DNA of 64,000 bases from Candidatus Omnitrophota bacterium (GTDB lineage: Bacteria > Omnitrophota > Gorgyraeia > S143-82), in NCBI GenBank assembly GCA_015494465.1, contig WGBD01000002.1, positions 67,683 to 131,682 on the forward strand. Direction: 5' to 3'. The notes under the pieces were generated by a model that saw only the letters and a program-made list of their open reading frames with translations, had not been told where the DNA came from and made no database searches. The number at the start of each line of letters is the position of its first letter. Position 1 is the stretch's first letter. The position numbers were made by a program, and so were the translations under genes. Below are positions 1-8,716 of this stretch, piece by piece.

Positions 1-7
1 GATCCTT

Positions 8-91
8 GCCGAAGTGGCGGAACTGGCAGACGCGCATGGTTCAGGACCATGTGTCCTTCCGGACGTGTGGGTTCGAATCCCACCTTCGGCA
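8..91 (+). tRNA. tRNA-Leu(CAG)
   Basis: GCCGAAG/CTTCGGC acceptor stem, anticodon arm CATGG-TTCAGGA-CCATG, long variable arm, GTTCGAATC T-loop; CCA not encoded. Confidence 0.95.
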
Positions 92-985
92 CATTATAGA
101 ATTCAACACCGCAACCCGCTTGTCTATCTCCTTCCGGCTCACCTCTATCAATCGCTTGGGGCCGACATCCTCCACGCAAAACGAGGCAACCGATGTTGCG
201 TAGTAAGCGGACTGGCAAGGGTTGGCATCGTCACCGAACTCCAACCAGGCCCCTAAGAAGGCCCCAGCAAAACTATCACCTGCCCCAGTAGGGTCTACCG
301 CATTCTCAAGGGGATAGGCAGGGACGAAAAACAGATCACTAGTCTCGAATATCAGTGCCCCGCAATCGCCCCTCTTTATCAGGACCATCCCCCCTTCCAA
401 GGCCTCTAATAAGAAGCTACCCGCCCGGAACAGATTGGTTTCCCGGGCCAGCAGGCGTGCCTCCTGATCGTTTAAGACCAAGACATCCACCTGTCTCACC
501 AGCTCCAATATCTCGTCTCGATGATTGAGTATCCAGTGGTCCATCGTGTCCATCATAACCAGATCCGCACTTATCTGAGACAGGACCTCCCTCTGCAGTG
601 CGGGGGCTATGTTGGCCAAAAATAGGGCCTTGGCCTTTTGATACTCCTTGGGTATGACCGGTGAAAAGTCAGCGAATACCCCCAGATCCAAAGATATCGT
701 CTCTCTCTGGTTTATGTCCTCGAAGTACCGTCCTTCCCAAAAGAAGGTCCTCCCCGAAGAGACGCTGATACCTTTGAGATCCAGCCTTGGGAACTCGGAC
801 ATAGCCTCGAGGATCCGCCTGCCCTCCTCGTCGTCGCCCACTACCCCTACCATACCCACCTCCACTTCAAACCTACCCGCGGAAAGGGCAGAGTACACTG
901 CAGATCCCCCAAACACCACCTCCGGTTGCCTCCCCGGGAGGTGTATCCTGTCCTGGGCAATGGAGCCGACCACCACTATGTCCAC
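41..985 (-). CDS. PfkB/ribokinase-family carbohydrate kinase
   Basis: N-terminal VVVGSIAQD, GGSAVY, C-terminal PfkB signature DPTGAGDSFAGAF; last 51 nt overlap tRNA-Leu in antisense. Confidence 0.9.
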   Translation of the reverse strand: MDIVVVGSIAQDRIHLPGRQPEVVFGGSAVYSALSAGRFEVEVGMVGVVGDDEEGRRILEAMSEFPRLDLKGISVSSGRTFFWEGRYFEDINQRETISLDLGVFADFSPVIPKEYQKAKALFLANIAPALQREVLSQISADLVMMDTMDHWILNHRDEILELVRQVDVLVLNDQEARLLARETNLFRAGSFLLEALEGGMVLIKRGDCGALIFETSDLFFVPAYPLENAVDPTGAGDSFAGAFLGAWLEFGDDANPCQSAYYATSVASFCVEDVGPKRLIEVSRKEIDKRVAVLNSIMCRRWDSNPHVRKDTWS

Positions 986-2403
986 TTCTTATCCCTCTCC
1001 TTCATCAACTTAACGATCCCTGCCAACAGCACCAAAGCCAACACCACACCGTAGTAAAGCACCATCCAATGCTCATCTACGCCAGCAAGACACAAGGGCA
1101 GGCTCCTGTCCTGTAGCAGGTCTACCACATAGATCATGGCCAGGGCCAGCCCCTTAACCACCACCCCACCTATGAAGCCCAGGCTAAGCACATAGATCAA
1201 CACCATAAAAAGCAGGAAGGTCAATAAGCCTACCAAGACGGGCGTAACTACCCAGCCAACCAAAGGGAAACACCCAAACTTTGCCAACACGATGGGTGCG
1301 AGCCCAACGCTAGCACTGAAGCTCACATACCAGAGATCCAGGATGCTGTGCCGAGACAACAATGAAAGCCCTATCAATATCGCTAGTACAGCTGTAACCG
1401 ACATCAAGAATCCGAGACTGAAGACCTGAAGCGGATCGATCAAGAACACCAGAAAGACGGTCAAACCGAGCACATCGTAGATAGACCACGAGCGCCTTAG
1501 CAGACGAGAGATCAAAAACAGCACCAGCATCACCGAGGCCCTCAATAAGGAAGCGCTCTCGGGTATCATCATAGCGTAAAAGGAGACGAAACCGATAACG
1601 ATGACATCCGCTAACCAACCGGGTAGACCGAATAGCCGAGAGATCAGGTATACGATCATGGCTAGGATAGCGAGGTGCAGGCCACTTATCGCTAATATGT
1701 GGGCCACACCGACCTTAGCGAAGGCCTCCCTCATGCGGGAGAAACCCTGGGTCTTCACCCCCAGAAAGACCGCACTCACCAGAGTCTTCGTCTTTGCAGG
1801 CAAGCCCCTGAAGAGATAGTACATCCCCTTGCGCACCAGATAGGGCCCCTTATAGAGCCAACCGTACCACAGATTCCTGGAGGAAATCCCACCCCCGTAG
1901 TAAAGGAATCCGCCTTTGTGGTACTTGACCGGCATAACGACCAGCTTGCCCACGAGATCGTCTAGGGGCTTACTCTCTCTCCTCCTCGCCATCCGCCGAG
2001 AGACAACCCATACCCTATAAGGAAAGCGCAATCTCTTACCCGCCAACAAGATATCTCGCCCCTGGAGAAGAAGACGATTAGGTCGGGCCAGATCCACCGT
2101 TCTGGCAACGCCTCTCAAGGTGAGCTCTAGTCCATCTCGGGGGAGGAGATCCCTGTAATCCGTTTCAATGCGCCCGTAGAAAGAGGCCCCTATACACGAC
2201 CACACCAACAGGATAACTATGGCCTTCAAAGGGAACCTTTTGATACCAAAGGATCGGAAGAGGAGAAGGGTAAGGGCCAAGAACAGAGGCAGGGCTAGGC
2301 CTGGAACCCACCACCCCCTAAAAAGCGCCCCTAAGAAGAAAACCGCAGACAAGCCCCAAATCCCTGGCAAAGGCCAACTCCTTGCTCTAGTACCTATACC
2401 CAA
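976..2403 (-). CDS. comEC: ComEC/Rec2 competence membrane protein (no C-terminal metallo-beta-lactamase domain)
   Basis: Competence-domain motif GVAHILAISGLHL, SLLRASVM, DPLQVFSLGFLMS; many TM segments. Confidence 0.88.
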   Translation of the reverse strand: MGIGTRARSWPLPGIWGLSAVFFLGALFRGWWVPGLALPLFLALTLLLFRSFGIKRFPLKAIVILLVWSCIGASFYGRIETDYRDLLPRDGLELTLRGVARTVDLARPNRLLLQGRDILLAGKRLRFPYRVWVVSRRMARRRESKPLDDLVGKLVVMPVKYHKGGFLYYGGGISSRNLWYGWLYKGPYLVRKGMYYLFRGLPAKTKTLVSAVFLGVKTQGFSRMREAFAKVGVAHILAISGLHLAILAMIVYLISRLFGLPGWLADVIVIGFVSFYAMMIPESASLLRASVMLVLFLISRLLRRSWSIYDVLGLTVFLVFLIDPLQVFSLGFLMSVTAVLAILIGLSLLSRHSILDLWYVSFSASVGLAPIVLAKFGCFPLVGWVVTPVLVGLLTFLLFMVLIYVLSLGFIGGVVVKGLALAMIYVVDLLQDRSLPLCLAGVDEHWMVLYYGVVLALVLLAGIVKLMKERDKKWT

Positions 2404-2605
2404 GCAACAACCTTTTAATTGCCCTGTTGTCCCCGATCCCCCTCACCTCCAAAAGACGGCAGACCTTACAACTAATGATAACCCGTTTTGTATCTTTGCT
2501 CAATAGCAAGGGAACAGCCCTTAGCAAAACCAATAGAAATATGGGGAGATACACCAAGAGATGTCTTAAAAGGCCGCGAATAAGGGACCGCTTAAAGGAA
2601 ATCAC
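2387..2605 (-). CDS. small membrane-anchored protein with one HhH-like motif (possible minimal ComEA)
   Basis: N-terminal hydrophobic helix, then LLEVRGIGDNRA; overlaps both neighbours; lies directly upstream of comEC. Confidence 0.45.
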   Translation of the reverse strand: MISFKRSLIRGLLRHLLVYLPIFLLVLLRAVPLLLSKDTKRVIISCKVCRLLEVRGIGDNRAIKRLLLGYRY

Positions 2606-2766
2606 CGCTTACGGAGCTCTTTAAGTATCTCGTCCAAGGTCCGGGCGATCCTCTTTAAGAGCTCGTTGTTCTCCTGAAGAAGTTTATCGTGCTTGGCCTG
2701 TATCTTCTTTGCCTCCTGCGCAGCCTTGGCCAGTGCAGCCATATCCTTGAGATTACCGAAATTCAT
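2602..2766 (-). CDS. 54-aa coiled-coil hypothetical protein
   Basis: ATG at 2766 preceded by GGAGG SD; MNFGNLKDMAALAKAAQEAKKIQ...; the longer start in the ORF track runs through tRNAs. Confidence 0.65.
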   Translation of the reverse strand: MNFGNLKDMAALAKAAQEAKKIQAKHDKLLQENNELLKRIARTLDEILKELRKR

Positions 2767-2790
2767 GGACCAACCTCCTTGATTTTCCCG

Positions 2791-2876
2791 TGCCGGGAGC
2801 CGGACTTGAACCGGCACGCCCACAAAGGGGCGAGGGATTTTAAGTCCCTTGCGTCTGCCAATTCCGCCATCCCGGC
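2791..2876 (-). tRNA. tRNA-Leu(TAA)
   Basis: Minus strand GCCGGGA...TCCCGGC-A, anticodon arm AGGGA-CTTAAAA-TCCCT, long variable arm. Confidence 0.95.
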
Positions 2877-2909
2877 CAAGAGGGAAGGGTCGCGAATCAA
2901 CCCCAAATC

Positions 2910-2985
2910 TGGAGGTGGCGGTGGGATTTGCACCCACGAATAGCGGTTTTGCAGACCGCCCCCTTAGCTACTTGGGCACGCCACC
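2910..2985 (-). tRNA. tRNA-Cys(GCA)
   Basis: GGTGGCG/CGCCACC stem, U73 discriminator plus encoded CCA, anticodon arm GCGGT-CTGCAAA-ACCGC. Confidence 0.93.
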
Positions 2986-3061
2986 GTGAAGATAAATTCT
3001 ATTAGAAAAGGCTTAGGTTATCAAGCCCAAAGTCCTCTCCTTAATTAAGGAATCTTTACTA

Positions 3062-3089
3062 TTGACAAACCCAGTTTTACACATAAAAT
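3062..3089 (+). promoter_or_regulatory. sigma70-type promoter of rpsT
   Basis: TTGACA-16 nt-TAAAAT upstream of AGGAGG SD and rpsT. Confidence 0.7.
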
Positions 3090-3134
3090 ATTTCATTCAC
3101 GAAAGTGGACGCGCATTAAGGAGGTAAGTGGGTC

Positions 3135-3404
3135 GTGCCGAACAGACACTGCAAACTCAAGGCCCTCAGGGCAAGCGAAAAGCGCAGGGTAAGGAACCTG
3201 CGGGTAAAGCGCCATGTGAAGAAGACGGTCAAGGCCTATCTTAAGGCCGTCGCCAACAAGGATGTAGAGACGGCCCGGGAGATGTTGCCGACCGTTTTTT
3301 CAGTCTTGGATAAGGCAGCCAAGTACGGGGTCATAAAGAAGAACACCGCCAGCCGGAAGAAGTCCCGGCTCAGCCGGAAACTCTCCGCACTGGTAGGGGC
3401 CTAA
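3135..3404 (+). CDS. rpsT: 30S ribosomal protein S20
   Basis: KALRASEKRRVRN, LDKAAKYGVIKKNTASRKKSRL. Confidence 0.96.
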   Translation: MPNRHCKLKALRASEKRRVRNLRVKRHVKKTVKAYLKAVANKDVETAREMLPTVFSVLDKAAKYGVIKKNTASRKKSRLSRKLSALVGA

Positions 3405-3958
3405 GCCCCTCCCAATCTGTACTCCACGAAGTCCAGAAGGTCTGCACAGACCAAATCCGGCCGATAGTTTTCCGGCCATTCCTTAGGATCGTACACACGA
3501 ACCTGCCCCGACATAACCAAGGCGGTCCTTATCCCTATCCGCTTCCCTGCGACGATGTCCTTGTCGCTATCGCCGACCATAAATATCTCGTCCTTTGGCA
3601 CATCCGGATAATCCTTCAGCACCTGCTCGAAAAACAGGGTCCCCGGTTTACGACAGGCACAGCCCTCATCCGGCCGGTGGGTGCAGTAGAAAACCCGCTT
3701 TAAGGTTATTCCCCTCTCCTCTAGGGCGTCCAGCATGTTCCGGGTAATCTCCTCCAGTGCCTCTTTGCTGTATATCCCCCTTCCCACCCCTGCCTGATTG
3801 GAGACGACGAAGATTTCATAACCTGCAGATGCCAACCTCTCAAGGGCCTTCAGCGAACGCTCTATAAACCTAAACTCCTGCCAAGAGGTTACATACTTCC
3901 CGTATCCGGGGAACTGGTTTATCACCCCGTCCCTGTCCAGGAATATTACCTTTCTCAT
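3401..3958 (-). CDS. gmhB: D,D-heptose 1,7-bisphosphate phosphatase / HAD-IIIA hydrolase
   Basis: FLDRDGVIN, SNQAGVGRG, CTHRPDEGCACRKP, MVGDSDKD. Confidence 0.85.
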   Translation of the reverse strand: MRKVIFLDRDGVINQFPGYGKYVTSWQEFRFIERSLKALERLASAGYEIFVVSNQAGVGRGIYSKEALEEITRNMLDALEERGITLKRVFYCTHRPDEGCACRKPGTLFFEQVLKDYPDVPKDEIFMVGDSDKDIVAGKRIGIRTALVMSGQVRVYDPKEWPENYRPDLVCADLLDFVEYRLGGA

Positions 3959-4755
3959 CTCTCCTTTAGCACCTTTATCATCTGGCGGTGCAGGCGCCCG
4001 TTGCTTGCCACCACCTCGGGACGAAAGGGGTCAAACTCGCCTCCGGAGAAATTGCTCACCCTCCCGCCCGCGCACTTCACCATCAAGGCACCTGCAGGGG
4101 TATCCCAAGGCTTCAGGTTGGGCTCCCAGAATCCGTCGAACCTCCCGCAGGCTACATAACACAGGTCCAGCGCTGCCGAACCGTCCCTCCTCACCCCTTG
4201 GGCCCGGTGGAGGAAGGCAATAAAGTGCCCCACATTGTTGTCGGAATCGGAACTGAACCGGTAGGCAAAGCCGGTGCAGACGAGGGCGTCTTCCAAGCGG
4301 GATATCTCGGAGACCCTTATCCTTTTTCGGTTCAGAAAGGCCCCCTCCCCGTCGGAATAAAAGAGTTCTTCCCGAGTGGGGTCGTAGACCACTCCCAAAA
4401 GGACCTCTTTCCCCTGCATCAGGGCAATGGAAGTGCAAAACACGGGATAACCGTGGGCAAAGTTGTTCGTCCCGTCTAGGGGGTCTATTGCCCAGAAGAG
4501 TTCCGCATCCGGGACCTCGGCATTCCTTTCCTCTGCCAGAAAACCGAACTCCTTCCACCTTCGGGAAAGTTCGTTCTTGTAGAACTCTTCTACATACAGG
4601 TCCACCTCGGTCACCAGGTCCTTTTTCCCCTTCTTCCTGCTCCTGGTCCTACCCAAGCGGGAGAGCATATAGGCCCCCGCGCGCAAGGCAAGTTCCTTTA
4701 TCTCCCTTAGGATCCCTCTCCTCTCTCTCTTGCTCAGCACCACCGCTCTCCTCAC
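3955..4755 (-). CDS. suhB: inositol monophosphatase family protein
   Basis: DLVTEVD, WAIDPLDGTNNF, GSAALDLCYVACG, WDTPAG. Confidence 0.9.
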   Translation of the reverse strand: MRRAVVLSKRERRGILREIKELALRAGAYMLSRLGRTRSRKKGKKDLVTEVDLYVEEFYKNELSRRWKEFGFLAEERNAEVPDAELFWAIDPLDGTNNFAHGYPVFCTSIALMQGKEVLLGVVYDPTREELFYSDGEGAFLNRKRIRVSEISRLEDALVCTGFAYRFSSDSDNNVGHFIAFLHRAQGVRRDGSAALDLCYVACGRFDGFWEPNLKPWDTPAGALMVKCAGGRVSNFSGGEFDPFRPEVVASNGRLHRQMIKVLKER

Positions 4756-5999
4756 CGGAACAACCTCTCTCCCCTTATCAGGTCCTTAAAGGTCTCCCTC
4801 CTCCTGACCAAGGAAAACCTATCGCCCTCCACCATCACCTCCGCAGGCCGAGGGCGGGAGTTGTAGTTGCTGGCCATCACGAAGCCGTAGGCACCGGCAC
4901 TAAAGACCGCCAACAGATCCCTCGAATCCACCTGAGGGATCTGTCTGTCCTTGGCAAAGAAGTCCCCGCTCTCGCAGACCGGCCCTACCACATCGCAGGT
5001 CATCGTCTCCGAGGTCCTCTCTACCACCGGCCATATGCGGTGATAGGCCTTGTAGAGAGACGGCCTTATGAGATCGTTCATCGCCCCGTCCACCACCACG
5101 AAGTTCTTGGCGGGCGTGCGCTTGACATAGATAACCCTGCAGACGAATATCCCCGAATTGCCGGCGATAAACCTGCCCGGTTCCATCACCATCTTCAGGC
5201 CCAAACGCTTTACATAGGGAATTATCCGACTCGCAAAGACCTCCGCACTGTCGGGATCCTCGTCCTTGTACCTTATCCCCAATCCCCCACCGATGTTGAG
5301 GTACTTAAGGGACCTCGCCTTTGGGCCAAGTCCCTTGATGAACTTCTCCACCTTATCCAAGGCGGTCGCGTAGGGGCTGGTGTCCACTATCTGGGAGCCG
5401 ATGTGGACATGGATCCCCACGATCTCCACCCATGGATAGCGCTTGGGGTTGGAGAATATCTGCTCTGCGGTGTAAAGGTCCACACCAAACTTGTTCTCCT
5501 TCTTTGCGGTGGTGATGTAATCGTGGGTGCGGGCATCGACATCGGGATTCACCCGTATGGCCACCCGCGCCCTTTTCCTCAACCTGCTGGCGACCCTGCT
5601 CAACAGCTCCAGTTCCGCCGACGACTCGACATTGAACATAAGTATGCCCCAGTTGAGGGCCATCTCCATGTCCTCTTCCCTCTTGCCCACGCTGGCGTAG
5701 ACCACCTTTCTGGGGTCGGCCCCGATCCTCTGCACCCGATATATCTCACCGGCAGACACCACATCAAACCCCGAACCCAGCCCCTTAAGGGTGTCCAACA
5801 CCGCCAGATTGGAGTTGGCCTTAACCGAATAGCATATCAACGGCCGAACCTCCCGAAAGGCCCGCTCGAGTTGCTGGTACCTGTCCCTTAAGGAAGATCG
5901 GCTGTAGACGTATACCGGACTACCGTAGCGGGAGACTATCTTCCTCACCGGAACGGCCTCACAGAACAACTCTCCGTTTTCGTATCTAAACCAGTCCAT
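4752..5999 (-). CDS. lysA: diaminopimelate decarboxylase
   Basis: YSVKANSN (PLP Lys), HIGSQ, EPGR, GPVCESGD, GAYGFVMASNYN. Confidence 0.96.
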   Translation of the reverse strand: MDWFRYENGELFCEAVPVRKIVSRYGSPVYVYSRSSLRDRYQQLERAFREVRPLICYSVKANSNLAVLDTLKGLGSGFDVVSAGEIYRVQRIGADPRKVVYASVGKREEDMEMALNWGILMFNVESSAELELLSRVASRLRKRARVAIRVNPDVDARTHDYITTAKKENKFGVDLYTAEQIFSNPKRYPWVEIVGIHVHIGSQIVDTSPYATALDKVEKFIKGLGPKARSLKYLNIGGGLGIRYKDEDPDSAEVFASRIIPYVKRLGLKMVMEPGRFIAGNSGIFVCRVIYVKRTPAKNFVVVDGAMNDLIRPSLYKAYHRIWPVVERTSETMTCDVVGPVCESGDFFAKDRQIPQVDSRDLLAVFSAGAYGFVMASNYNSRPRPAEVMVEGDRFSLVRRRETFKDLIRGERLFR

Positions 6000-6002
6000 G
6001 GC

Positions 6003-7370
6003 TTATCTCCTCCCCTCCAACAGCCTTATCTGTCGCTCCACATTACCCCAAGCGGTACCGTTGTAAGAGGTCTTGGACTCCACGGACCTGACCGGATCGA
6101 ACAGGGAGCGATAGACCCCCTCCTCTATGTCCACCAGCAACTCCTTCCTGACCAGATCCATCGGCAGGTCCCTGAGGCGGATACCTTCCTTTTCCGCCCG
6201 CCTCACCAGACGCCCCACCGCCATGTGGGCCCTCCTGCTGTCCAGTCCCATCTTTATGAGGACCTCCATAATATCCGTGGCGTAGAGGTAATCGTTCTCC
6301 AAAAGTGCAGACAGCCTCTCTTCCACCAACTCCAGCCCCTTTATCACCGAGGTGCAAACGCCCAGCATCTGGAAGAGGAGCGCGCTCAGGGAGAAGAATA
6401 CCTCCTTGTCCTCCTGCATGTCCCGATTGTAGGTCATAGGCAGGGCCTTCAGTATCGTCAGCAACCTCGTCAGGCCCAGCATCAACTCCACGCTCCTTGC
6501 CCGCATCAGTTCCATGGAGTCGGGATTGCGTTTGTGGGGCATTATACTGGATCCGGTGGAGAACTCCTCGGGTATCCTCAGAAAACCGAACTCGTTCGAC
6601 GAATACATAATCCAGTCCTCCGCCATACGGGAGAGTATCAAACCTACCCTCCCCATCACATACAGGGCATCCAGAAAGTAATCCCGGTTGGCAATCGCAT
6701 CCATACTGTTCTCGTAGATCCGGCTCAGTCCCAGCTCCCCTGCTATGTCCTCGGCAGAGACCGGAAGGGATGTCCCCGCCCCTGCACAGGCGGTAAATGG
6801 AGAGGAAAGACCCGAACGGAAGAAGGTGCACAGTTCCTTTATCCTCTCTATAGCAAAGGCGTAGGAAAGAAGATAATGACTGAAGTAGACCACCTGTGCA
6901 CCCTGCAGGTGGGTGTAAGAGGGGATTATCTTGCCCTTGAGGTCCTTGGCCTTCTCTACCAGGGCATCCTGCAGACGGGATAGGGCGTCGTAGACGCCCC
7001 CGTACCAGTCCCTCAACATCAGTATGCTGTCCCCAGCGACCAGGTCGTTGCGACTGCGGGCGGTGTGAACCTTATCCGCCAGAGATCCCACCACCTCCCG
7101 CAGGGCCTCCTGGACGAAAGAATGCACATCCTCTTCCTCGTAATCCGGGGAGGAATACAACTTGGATATCTTCTCAAGACCTGCTAGAATCTTTTGTGCC
7201 TCCTCACCGCTCAACAGACCCGCCTTCGCGAGGGCCTTCACATGGGCCCGCGTGGCCTCTATCTCGTAAGGATACAAGAATCTATCCGCCTTCCCCCCTC
7301 GGGAAAACTCCCACATCTCCTCTGCGGGCCCCTTCTCAAACCGTCCTCCCCAGAACTGCGCTCTGGCCAT
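6003..7370 (-). CDS. argH: argininosuccinate lyase
   Basis: WGGRF, HTARSRND, YTHLQ, GSSIMPHKRNPD, YNRDMQEDK. Confidence 0.95.
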   Translation of the reverse strand: MARAQFWGGRFEKGPAEEMWEFSRGGKADRFLYPYEIEATRAHVKALAKAGLLSGEEAQKILAGLEKISKLYSSPDYEEEDVHSFVQEALREVVGSLADKVHTARSRNDLVAGDSILMLRDWYGGVYDALSRLQDALVEKAKDLKGKIIPSYTHLQGAQVVYFSHYLLSYAFAIERIKELCTFFRSGLSSPFTACAGAGTSLPVSAEDIAGELGLSRIYENSMDAIANRDYFLDALYVMGRVGLILSRMAEDWIMYSSNEFGFLRIPEEFSTGSSIMPHKRNPDSMELMRARSVELMLGLTRLLTILKALPMTYNRDMQEDKEVFFSLSALLFQMLGVCTSVIKGLELVEERLSALLENDYLYATDIMEVLIKMGLDSRRAHMAVGRLVRRAEKEGIRLRDLPMDLVRKELLVDIEEGVYRSLFDPVRSVESKTSYNGTAWGNVERQIRLLEGRR

Positions 7371-7373
7371 ATC

Positions 7374-8117
7374 TCACCCCTTTTTGAGCAAGAAAAATCC
7401 AACCTCTGCCCTAGCTCGCAGACCACCCCGGGCCTTCCTCAAGTCCTCTTCGGCCCTGCGGAGCCTTTCCCGGGACAGGAACCTCCTGCCCGTCCGGGCA
7501 CCCGTCCCCTTCATAAACCGCAAGAAGTCTAAAAGACTATTATACTGTCTTTCCAATTGCATTACCTCAAAATTTAGCAACGCAAACCGTTCACCCACCA
7601 ACCCTTTCACCTCTTCCAAAGAGAGAAACCCCTCCGCAGGAAACCGGATTCCCAATGCCCTTGCTATCTCCCCAAAGCTCCCCTTGGCAAATACATTGAA
7701 GGCCCAACAGCCCCCATCCCTGAGCGCCTCGTAGACCAGATCCACCAGGGCCTGCCAATCACCTACCCAGTGCAGAGAGGAATTCGCCACCACCAGATCT
7801 ATCCCTGACAGGCCCTCCCAGACCTTAGGGTCCTCCGCTTTCCCAAGGATCGCCTTGCCCTGGGGAAGTCTCTCCTTCCAGAGGGAGAGCATGTTGGGGG
7901 CAGGGTCTATCCCGAATACCTCCTGGACACCCCTCAGCCTCTGCAGGACCTCCAGCGTAAACCACCCGGTACCACAACCGAGGTCGACGAGAGCATCAAC
8001 CTCCAACGGCAGGCCATCGATATATCCCAACAGGCGCAGGCCCACCTCTTTTTGGATGTCCGAGAAGGCATCGTAAGAGTGGGCAGAGGCGTTGAACTCT
8101 TGCACCGGATCCATCAC
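7374..8117 (-). CDS. bioC: class I SAM methyltransferase, BioC-like (malonyl-ACP O-methyltransferase)
   Basis: FNASAHSYDAFSDIQKEVG, VDLGCGTG, ANSSLHW, LRFMKGTGA. Confidence 0.75.
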   Translation of the reverse strand: MMDPVQEFNASAHSYDAFSDIQKEVGLRLLGYIDGLPLEVDALVDLGCGTGWFTLEVLQRLRGVQEVFGIDPAPNMLSLWKERLPQGKAILGKAEDPKVWEGLSGIDLVVANSSLHWVGDWQALVDLVYEALRDGGCWAFNVFAKGSFGEIARALGIRFPAEGFLSLEEVKGLVGERFALLNFEVMQLERQYNSLLDFLRFMKGTGARTGRRFLSRERLRRAEEDLRKARGGLRARAEVGFFLLKKG

Positions 8118-8680
8118 GCGGATATGAAGTTGGAGAGCAGTTCCTTGCCGTATTCGGTGAGTATGGATTCAGGGTGAAACTGGACTCCCCAGATAGGCAG
8201 GTCCTTGTGCCTCAGGGCCATTATCTCCCCGTCCTCGCTGTGGGCGATGGCCTTGAGCTCCCCTGGGAGGCGTTTGGGATCTACCACGAGGGAGTGATAC
8301 CTCGTAGCCACGAAGCCCTGAGGAATACCCCTGAAGAGGACATCGTCGTCGTGATATATCCTGGAGACCTTGCCGTGCATCAGCCTGCGGGCGTGGATTA
8401 TCCTTCCCCCGAAGGCCACGCCGATACACTGGTGTCCCAGACAGACCCCGAGGATGGGGACCTCCCCGGCAAACTCCCTTATGACCTCCAGAGATATCCC
8501 TGCATCCTTGGGCCAGCCCGGTCCCGGGGAGATGATAATCTTATCCGGGGAAAACCTCTTCACATCCTCCAGGCCAACATCCCGGGAGCGGAACACAGCA
8601 ATATCATAACCCAGCTCCCCTATGTACTGGACGATGTTGTAGGTAAACGAATCGTAGTTGTCTATCATCAACAGTCGCAT
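8114..8680 (-). CDS. pabA: aminodeoxychorismate/anthranilate synthase component II (glutamine amidotransferase, PabA/TrpG)
   Basis: IDNYDSFTYN, SPGPG, GVCLGHQ, RYHSL, QFHPES. Confidence 0.88.
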   Translation of the reverse strand: MRLLMIDNYDSFTYNIVQYIGELGYDIAVFRSRDVGLEDVKRFSPDKIIISPGPGWPKDAGISLEVIREFAGEVPILGVCLGHQCIGVAFGGRIIHARRLMHGKVSRIYHDDDVLFRGIPQGFVATRYHSLVVDPKRLPGELKAIAHSEDGEIMALRHKDLPIWGVQFHPESILTEYGKELLSNFISA

Positions 8681-8716
8681 GGCCAAGACAATTCTAACAC
8701 AACTTCCCCCGACCCA

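Noticed and set aside
8-2985. Integrative element at the tRNA genes
   Set aside because: No integrase and no duplicated tRNA 3' end (att) seen at any of the six tRNAs in the window.
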